Source of the DNA: an uncultured Methanosarcinales archaeon
GTDB taxonomy: Archaea; Nanobdellota; Nanobdellia; Woesearchaeales; JACPBV01
DNA: 64,000 nt
Assembly: GCA_964609455.1 (NCBI GenBank)
Contig: CAZSRD010000003.1
Location: 8,200 to 72,199, forward strand
Reading direction: 5' to 3'
Shown here: piece after piece, positions 57,629 through 64,000 of the stretch
How the letters are laid out: every line of letters starts with the position of its first letter
Position numbering within the stretch: position 1 is the first letter of the stretch
The notes under the pieces: generated by a model
Database searches by the model: none
Told to the model about the DNA's origin: nothing
The model's input: only the letters and a program-made list of their open reading frames with translations
Position numbers and translations under genes: made by a program

Positions 57629-58753
57629 TTAGTCTATGAAGTCTATCCCTAACTCTCTTTCAATCTCCTTTTTCTTTTTATTTGTTAGTGTCACATCTCC
57701 CCCAAATATCTGAGATGATTGCACTCCAGTTACTATCAGCATTGTTCTTATTGTTTTTTTCATGTCTTTATAGATTTGAGCTCCCCAAATTATTTTTGCG
57801 TCTTCGTTTAATCTTTCTGAAACTGTTTCTACCACTTTTCTTGCTTCATCTAGAGTCATATCTTCTCCGCCAGCCACATTAATCAAAGCACCGTTTGCCC
57901 CTGTAATATCAACATCCAATAGCGGATTGCTGATTGCCTTTTCAACTGCCTCTACTGCCCTATTCTCAGAGTCTGATTCTCCCACACCTATTAAAGCAAC
58001 TCCGCCTCCTTTCATAACTGTTCTGATATCTGCAAAGTCTAGGTTGACTAAGCCAGCTTTTGTAACCAGCTCCGCAATCCCTTTTACAGCATTTGTTAAA
58101 ATCTCGTCTGCAACTTTAAATGCAGTGTGTAATGGCAAGTCAGGAGCCAATTCGAGTAATTTATCGTTTGGTATAACAATTAAGGTGTCTACAATCTGTT
58201 CCATCTTTTCTAGGCCTATTACAGCGTTTTCGTATCTAGTGTGGCCTTCCATTGCAAAAGGCAAGGTTACTACACCTACGGTTAATGCGCCTAATTTTCT
58301 TGCTATTTCTGCTATTACTGGCGCTGAGCCTGTTCCCGTACCGCCACCCAGACCGCATGTTATGAATACCATATCAGCATGCTCTAATGCTTTTTTGATC
58401 TCTTGCTCTTGCTCTTTAGCAGCTTCTTCACCTACTTTCGGGTTAGAGCCAGCTCCTAATCCTTTAGTGATGTCCCTTCCTATCAGAATTTTTTTGTCAG
58501 CTGTTGTATAAAGTAAATCTTGAGCGTCTGTATTAATAGCAATTGTTTCTGCCCCCGAGACCCCTACTTCTGCAATGCGGTTTATTGTGTTATTTCCACC
58601 GCCACCGGTTCCGACTACTTTAATGGTTGCTTTTTGTTGTGATAGGAATGCTTCAAGTTCAGCATCTACGTCACTACTTGTTTTTGGCTGATTATTTGTT
58701 TGAGAGAATTCCCTGTTAGCAACATCTGTGGCTTCTTTTATGAATGTTTCCAC
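57629..58753 (-). CDS. ftsZ: cell division GTPase FtsZ
   Basis: Tubulin signature GLGGGTGTGSAPVIAE and T7 loop region NLDFADI. Confidence 0.9.
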   Translation of the reverse strand: METFIKEATDVANREFSQTNNQPKTSSDVDAELEAFLSQQKATIKVVGTGGGGNNTINRIAEVGVSGAETIAINTDAQDLLYTTADKKILIGRDITKGLGAGSNPKVGEEAAKEQEQEIKKALEHADMVFITCGLGGGTGTGSAPVIAEIARKLGALTVGVVTLPFAMEGHTRYENAVIGLEKMEQIVDTLIVIPNDKLLELAPDLPLHTAFKVADEILTNAVKGIAELVTKAGLVNLDFADIRTVMKGGGVALIGVGESDSENRAVEAVEKAISNPLLDVDITGANGALINVAGGEDMTLDEARKVVETVSERLNEDAKIIWGAQIYKDMKKTIRTMLIVTGVQSSQIFGGDVTLTNKKKKEIERELGIDFID

Positions 58754-58755
58754 TT

Positions 58756-59466
58756 TTACCCACCTTTAGATTTATCAGAGGAATTACTTGTATTTAAATC
58801 TTCTTGTTTTTTTTCTGATTTTTGAATGGTAATTTCCTCTAAATGAGGTAGTAATTCCATTATTTTCTTTTTAAGCTCTTTTTGTAATTCTTTTGGCATT
58901 TCTTGCTCTGTTTTTATCTGAGCCTTTTTATTCTCTATATTCACTTCGGCATCTTTAATACCCAGATTTACTTTTAAGATTGAATCTATTTTTTCTTTAT
59001 CTTCAGTTATTATCCTGTTTATTTTTATTTCATAGGTTAAGTCTTTGCCTGCCAATGGATGGTTGAAGTCAACCAGTGTTCTGCCACCAGAAACTGTTTT
59101 TATTGTGCCCATCATACCATCAATATTTACCTGTAATCCAGGCATTGGCCGGATGTTTTCCTTTAAAAATTTTGAGGTTGAAATTAATTGTATAAGCTTA
59201 GCGTTCTTTTTTCCGTATGCGTCCTCTGAGCTTACTTCAATTGTGTAGGATTTCCCTGTTTCTTTTCCGACTATGGCTTTGTCTAGCCCATTGATTATTT
59301 GGTTCTGGCCAACACATATGGCAATAGGCTTGTATTCTGCCCCTTCTTCATATAGGCTGTTGTCTTTTGCTACTTTCTCGTCTGTTGTGTCAAATATTAG
59401 GTTATCTTCTTTTATCTTTCCTGTGTATTCAAGCTCTATGAAATCTTTTTCTTTAATTTGTGCCAT
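58756..59466 (-). CDS. FKBP-type peptidyl-prolyl isomerase (long archaeal form with IF insertion)
   Basis: FKBP core (FIELEYTGK...DGATG-like) plus long insert flap and C-terminal domain. Confidence 0.75.
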   Translation of the reverse strand: MAQIKEKDFIELEYTGKIKEDNLIFDTTDEKVAKDNSLYEEGAEYKPIAICVGQNQIINGLDKAIVGKETGKSYTIEVSSEDAYGKKNAKLIQLISTSKFLKENIRPMPGLQVNIDGMMGTIKTVSGGRTLVDFNHPLAGKDLTYEIKINRIITEDKEKIDSILKVNLGIKDAEVNIENKKAQIKTEQEMPKELQKELKKKIMELLPHLEEITIQKSEKKQEDLNTSNSSDKSKGG

Positions 59467-59575
59467 TTTAGTATTGGTTAATTCCTCTCTTTTATAAGTA
59501 TTTTGATTTTAACTCTACCTCGAGTAAGATTTGGTAGAACTAATGATGTTTGGGATATTATATTTATTTATAAAG

Positions 59576-60106
59576 TTATCGGTTGATTTCTTTTAGTATT
59601 TTTTCAACAGCATCTTCAGGCTTTAGGTGTGTAGTGTCTATTATTATGTCATAGTTGTCTTTATTATGGTAGTCAATATTATAATAACCCCTGTACCTCT
59701 TGTCTTCTGAGTTTATTCTTGTTTTGATTTTTTCTATTGACTCCTGTATGTCTGTGTACTGTTCGTGCTGGCGTTTTTCTTTCAATATTCTATTTGCTGC
59801 TTCGTTCAAGTCGACATCTAAGAAGATTTTTATTGATTTGGGAATGAAGTGGAAGCCTAATCTGGAATCAATTACAAAATTATCCTCTTTTTTTCCCAAT
59901 TCTATTTGTTTTTTGTCCAAGGCTTTGTCTATGTTTTTGTCTTTTTCTGCAAGTTTGCTTAGTTCCAGTAATGTTAATTTTCTTTCTTTTGCTATTTCAC
60001 GCATAAAGTCGCCTATTGAGAAATGCTTATATTTCAGTTTTTTTGCTAATAGTTTTGCTACTGTTGATTTGCCAGAACCTGCTACCCCTGATATTGTTAG
60101 TATCAT
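59576..60106 (-). CDS. cmk: cytidylate kinase, archaeal type
   Basis: P-loop ISGVAGSGKSTVAKLLAKKL and NMP-kinase fold length (~176 aa). Confidence 0.68.
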   Translation of the reverse strand: MILTISGVAGSGKSTVAKLLAKKLKYKHFSIGDFMREIAKERKLTLLELSKLAEKDKNIDKALDKKQIELGKKEDNFVIDSRLGFHFIPKSIKIFLDVDLNEAANRILKEKRQHEQYTDIQESIEKIKTRINSEDKRYRGYYNIDYHNKDNYDIIIDTTHLKPEDAVEKILKEINR

Positions 60107-60160
60107 ATCTCCAACTTATTATCTTATATATTTAAATATTACCCTTAATTATGGGTTATT

Positions 60161-61027
60161 ATGAAACAATCTTTACTTGAGCAGGCGAGTATTTATCTGC
60201 TTAGGAAAGGATTTACGATAAAATCCCTTACTAGGACTGCTTTTGATATTGTTGCTAGGAAAGATACTGCCATATTGTTGATTAAAGTTTTAGAGGATGC
60301 TAATTCTGTTAGCGAAGAGTATACGCAAGCAATGCATAGGGTTGCTGCTTATGTTGGCGGCAGTTCTTTGATAATTTCTGAGAAAGCTGGTGATAGATTA
60401 CAAGATAATATTGTTTATTCTAGATTTGGGATTTATACTTTGAATTTCAATACTTTTAAGAGCTCTTTGGAGAGTAAGTTCCCTTTTGTTAAAAGGGATC
60501 ATTCAGGGATTAAAGCGCAGATTCTTGGTGATAGATTGAAAGAGAGCAGGGAAAGAGGGGGAATTTCACTTAATGAGATTGCCCGTAAGGTGGGAGTCAG
60601 CAAAAGAATGATACAGAAGTATGAATCAGGTGAGAGTGAAGTTAGTGTGAACAAAGCTTTAAGGCTGTATAAGATATTTGGGCATAATGTTTTTGAGAAG
60701 ATTGATGTTTTTGGCCATGATAAGGAATTAATACATGAAGGCAAAGGGGAATTGAGTAAGAAATATAGTAAATTAGGATTTGATGCTTTGGAAGCCAATA
60801 AAGTTCCATTTGATATTATTGCTAAAAGAGAGAAAGAATTGATATTGACTAAGGTTGGAGATACGCCCAGGCCTGAGTTGGATTCGCTCTCTAAGTTAGT
60901 TGATGCAGATAAGTTGGTAATTTTTAAGAAGAAAAAACCTAAAGATGTTCCTGCTTTGACAAAGAAAGAGTTTATGGAGTTTGAGAAAGCTAGAGAGCTG
61001 ATAAAGTTTCTGAAGGAGTTTGAGTAA
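60161..61027 (+). CDS. HTH (XRE-type) domain protein
   Basis: Central HTH_3 (ISLNEIARKVGVSKRMIQKYESGESEVSVNKALRL) flanked by uncharacterised domains. Confidence 0.5.
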   Translation: MKQSLLEQASIYLLRKGFTIKSLTRTAFDIVARKDTAILLIKVLEDANSVSEEYTQAMHRVAAYVGGSSLIISEKAGDRLQDNIVYSRFGIYTLNFNTFKSSLESKFPFVKRDHSGIKAQILGDRLKESRERGGISLNEIARKVGVSKRMIQKYESGESEVSVNKALRLYKIFGHNVFEKIDVFGHDKELIHEGKGELSKKYSKLGFDALEANKVPFDIIAKREKELILTKVGDTPRPELDSLSKLVDADKLVIFKKKKPKDVPALTKKEFMEFEKARELIKFLKEFE

Positions 61028-61062
61028 GGTTTTTAAATGGTAGCCTATTCTTCTAAGATAAA

Positions 61063-61530
61063 ATGCCAGATGAAATTCATCTTAATTGGGGGCAAGTAGG
61101 GGGCATAACTTATGCTTTTGTTTCAGGTGAATGTGATGTCCCTTTGGAAACTATGGTTGCTGATCATCCTTTGACCAGGAAATTTGATGTAGAATTCAGT
61201 AGAATCTCTGGATCTTCAGGCCAACTTCGCGAGGTTAAAGGTTTGTATAAAACACCTTGTTATGGGAACCTTAGAATTGTGGATGGTAGGGATAGTGGAC
61301 AAGAATTATTACTAGGGGGATTAAGTATGGGAAATGGGATAATAGATATAATATCCGCATATGTCAAGGCTTTTGGAGTAAGGACTTCAGATAATCCCTC
61401 TAATGAGGAAGTGTTAAGAGTATTTAAAGTAGCAGCACAGAGTTCGGGGGAGTTATTGGGTGGCGGACTTTCTCAGAAAGGATGTGAGATATGGTATCAA
61501 ATGATGAAGGCGAGTTATGGAATACGCTGA
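61063..61530 (+). CDS. hypothetical protein (higher GC)
   Basis: 155 aa ORF, Gly-rich, no motif. Confidence 0.35.
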   Translation: MPDEIHLNWGQVGGITYAFVSGECDVPLETMVADHPLTRKFDVEFSRISGSSGQLREVKGLYKTPCYGNLRIVDGRDSGQELLLGGLSMGNGIIDIISAYVKAFGVRTSDNPSNEEVLRVFKVAAQSSGELLGGGLSQKGCEIWYQMMKASYGIR

Positions 61531-61564
61531 TTCTTTGTTGATTTTATAGCCAAAGCCTCAAAAC

Positions 61565-61582
61565 CATAAAGCTTATATAGTA
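61565..61582 (+). promoter_or_regulatory. archaeal BRE/TATA promoter of the thermosome gene
   Basis: AAAGCTTATATAG about 50 nt upstream of the ATG, with GGAGGT Shine-Dalgarno at 61617-61622. Confidence 0.45.
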
Positions 61583-61630
61583 CTGCTTATTCATGATTTC
61601 TACGAATTTTGACGTTGGAGGTCGATTAAT

Positions 61631-63268
61631 ATGAGTAGAGAAGTACAACCAATATTTATTTTGCCTGAAGGCACACAAAGAACTACAGGCAAGAATGCAC
61701 AGAGAACAAATATTATGGCAGCTAAGATGGTTGCTGAAACTGTGAGGACAACTTTAGGGCCAAAGGGAATGGATAAGATGATTGTTGATTCTTTAGGTGA
61801 TGTTACAGTAACAAACGATGGAGTTACAATACTAGAGGAGATGCAGATTGAGCATCCTTCTGCAAAGATGATCGTTGAAGTTGCTAAGACCCAGGAGGAT
61901 GAAGTAGGGGATGGTACAACTACAGCAGTTGTTTTGGCAGGGGAGTTGTTAAAGAATGCTGAGGATTTACTTGACCAGGAGGTTCATCCAACAATTGTTG
62001 CAAGAGGCTATAGGTTAGCTGAAGCAAAGGCCCAAGAAATCCTTAACAAGATGGCGGAAGATGTTTCTGAGAAAGATACTGACATTTTAAGGAAGATAGC
62101 TATGACTGCTATGACTGGGAAGGGAGCTGAAAACTCTAAGGAAAAACTAAGCGATATTGCAGTGAGTGCTGTGAGGTCTGTTCTAGAAAGAAATAATGGG
62201 GCAGTATCGATTGACAGAGATAACATAAAGCTAGAGAAGAAAGTAGGAAGCTCTGTTGAGGAAACTGAACTGGTTACTGGAATTGTGCTTGATAAAGAAA
62301 GAGTACACTCAGGCATGCCAATGGTTGTAAAGAATGCAAAGATAGCTTTGATTGATTCTGCTGTTGAAATAAAGAATACAGAGATTGATGCAAAGATACA
62401 AATTACAGACCCTAATCAGATGCAGGCTTTTATCGACCAGGAAGAGAAGATGATTAGGGACAAGGTAGAGAAAATAGCAGCTTCTGGAGCAAATGTTTTA
62501 GTCTGCCAGAAAGGAATTGATGATCTAGCACAACATTTCTTAGCTAAGAAAGGAATTTATGCTGTTAGGAGAGCAAAGCAGAGCGATATGAAAGCTTTAG
62601 CTAGAGCAACAGGCGGAAAAGTTGTTACAAATCTTGATGATTTGAGCAAGAGTGATCTGGGTTCTGCTGGGGTTGTTGAGGAAGTTAAGGTTGGAGATGA
62701 AGAGATGACATATGTTAAGGAATGCAAAAATCCAAAATCTGTTACAATTTTAGTTAGAGGCGGAACAGAGCATGTTGTTGATGAGGTTAAAAGAGCAATG
62801 GAAGATGCTATAGGGGATGTTGCTGCTGCTTTGAAGAATGGTAAGGTCGTAGGTGGAGCAGGAGCCCCTGAGATTGAGCTTGCTAGGCAACTCAGAAAAT
62901 ATGCAGAAAGCTTATCTGGAAGAGAGCAGTTAGCTGTTCAGGCTTTTGCAGATTCTGTTGAGATTATACCTAGAACTTTGGCAGAGAATGCTGGGATAGA
63001 CCCAATTGATATATTAACAGAGTTAAAGGCAGCGCATGACAAAGGAATGAAATGGGGCGGGGTTGATGTTTTCAAAGGTAAAGTAGTTGATGCTTGGAAA
63101 CAAGGCGTTATAGAGCCATTGAAGATTAAGACACAAGCAGTAAGTTCAGCATCAGAGGTGGCAGTGATGATATTAAGAATAGATGATGTTATCGCTGGTT
63201 CAGGCGGCGGGAAAGGCCCTGAAATGCCGCCTGGAATGGGAGGAATGCCGCCTGGAATGGGTATGTAA
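61631..63268 (+). CDS. ths: thermosome (group II chaperonin) subunit
   Basis: Motifs [23 protein letters not shown] and C-terminal [16 protein letters not shown] tail. Confidence 0.9.
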   Translation: MSREVQPIFILPEGTQRTTGKNAQRTNIMAAKMVAETVRTTLGPKGMDKMIVDSLGDVTVTNDGVTILEEMQIEHPSAKMIVEVAKTQEDEVGDGTTTAVVLAGELLKNAEDLLDQEVHPTIVARGYRLAEAKAQEILNKMAEDVSEKDTDILRKIAMTAMTGKGAENSKEKLSDIAVSAVRSVLERNNGAVSIDRDNIKLEKKVGSSVEETELVTGIVLDKERVHSGMPMVVKNAKIALIDSAVEIKNTEIDAKIQITDPNQMQAFIDQEEKMIRDKVEKIAASGANVLVCQKGIDDLAQHFLAKKGIYAVRRAKQSDMKALARATGGKVVTNLDDLSKSDLGSAGVVEEVKVGDEEMTYVKECKNPKSVTILVRGGTEHVVDEVKRAMEDAIGDVAAALKNGKVVGGAGAPEIELARQLRKYAESLSGREQLAVQAFADSVEIIPRTLAENAGIDPIDILTELKAAHDKGMKWGGVDVFKGKVVDAWKQGVIEPLKIKTQAVSSASEVAVMILRIDDVIAGSGGGKGPEMPPGMGGMPPGMGM

Positions 63269-63277
63269 TTTTATTTT

Positions 63278-64000
63278 TTATTCTTTTCTATTACTCAATA
63301 AAACATTTCTATTAATCTCTTCTTTTGGTAAATCTCTAGAAAAAAACCTTTTAAATCTGCGAGAGAACCGGGGGTCTTTGTATTCCTCCCCGATTAAAGA
63401 AGCAGCCAGCTTTTTGTATTCAATGACAGCGTTTGACCTTTCAAAGTTCATTGCAGCTGGTTTTGTGAGGGATAATGCCTCAAGAATTTTTATATCATCA
63501 GGCAATACAGCCAACACAGGAGTTTCTGCAGCACCTTCGATGTCATTAATTGTAAGCTCGAATTTTTTGTTTCTTACTTTGTTCAGAATTAGGCCTGTTA
63601 TGGGGGTTTTTTTCTGTTTTGCCAATCTTACAGCCCTTAATGTTGTGCTCAGTGTTGTATAATCAGGGCTTGTGACAACCAATAATTCGTCTGAAGCGAT
63701 CATTGTTGATAAAATCTCCTCGTTTAGCGCTGGAGAGGAATCTATCAAGATAAGGTCATAGTTATCTTTTATTTTGTCAATATTTTCTTTAAGTTTGAAA
63801 GGATTTATTTTTCGGGATAAAAAAGCAGAGGGCAATATATGCAGATTGGGGGTGTGCTCTATTATAGCATCCTTGATGTTTGCCTTTTTAAGCATTACAT
63901 CATGCAATGTTTTTTTTGGCTGGGTAATCCCAAAATGCAAACCTAGGTTAGGGGCGGAAAAGTTTGCATCAACAACCAAGACACTTTTATTAAATTCTTT
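63278..64000 (-). CDS. MinD/ParA-family ATPase, N-terminus beyond window edge
   Basis: Frame open to the window end; ParA/MinD core (LILIDSSPAL, LLVVTSPD, ITGLILNKV). Confidence 0.65.
   Translation of the reverse strand, partial: KEFNKSVLVVDANFSAPNLGLHFGITQPKKTLHDVMLKKANIKDAIIEHTPNLHILPSAFLSRKINPFKLKENIDKIKDNYDLILIDSSPALNEEILSTMIASDELLVVTSPDYTTLSTTLRAVRLAKQKKTPITGLILNKVRNKKFELTINDIEGAAETPVLAVLPDDIKILEALSLTKPAAMNFERSNAVIEYKKLAASLIGEEYKDPRFSRRFKRFFSRDLPKEEINRNVLLSNRKE

Noticed and set aside
63180-63268. [16 protein letters not shown] tandem repeat flagged as a possible low-complexity repeat element
   Set aside because: This is the normal Gly/Met-rich C-terminal tail of thermosome subunits.
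1-64000. CRISPR arrays, rRNA genes, transposases or IS elements
   Set aside because: I scanned intergenic regions for regularly spaced direct repeats and for rRNA or transposase-like ORFs and found none. The only mobile DNA detected is the tRNA-Arg-integrated element.

Overview
This window is a 64 kb fragment of an AT-rich archaeal chromosome, roughly one-third GC by eye. Archaeal markers include a thermosome, an ftsZ-secE-spt5-L11 cluster, RNase P Rpp21, Elp3, NOP2/Sun, CDP-archaeol synthase with other archaeal lipid genes, a HerA-like ATPase with Mre11, an H+-pyrophosphatase and archaeal-type CMP kinase. The gene set, small proteins and many orphan ORFs suggest a small-genome (DPANN-like) archaeon that has taken up several bacterial-type genes: class I GAPDH, GatCAB, a U32 peptidase, an RsbW-like GHKL kinase, NlpC/P60 and cyclophilin. 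Housekeeping genes include ppdK (5' partial), serA, adk, ychF-like GTPase, gatCAB, rpiB, pgk, gap, hppA, a Ca2+ P-type ATPase, a CaCA exchanger, an FKBP and a partial MinD/ParA at the 3' edge. The main finding is a ~10.6 kb integrated element at 3750-14411. It is flanked by perfect 32-bp direct repeats derived from the 3' end of tRNA-Arg(CCU). Its integrase is split SSV1-style into an Int(N) fragment at one end and an Int(C) gene at the other. The element carries a rep-like P-loop NTPase behind an iteron-like region, two wHTH regulators, paralogous zinc-ribbon membrane proteins, secreted Cys-rich and lipoprotein genes and a PIN-like protein. Other points worth a second look are an intron-containing tRNA with a non-canonical T-loop, a dph2 N-terminal remnant, a ribosomal L11 with a long K/E-rich tail, a tandem CDP-alcohol phosphatidyltransferase fusion, two toxin-antitoxin-like pairs, and a bacterial-type GHKL serine-kinase-like gene with an orphan partner next to herA/mre11. 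No CRISPR array, rRNA or transposase was seen.
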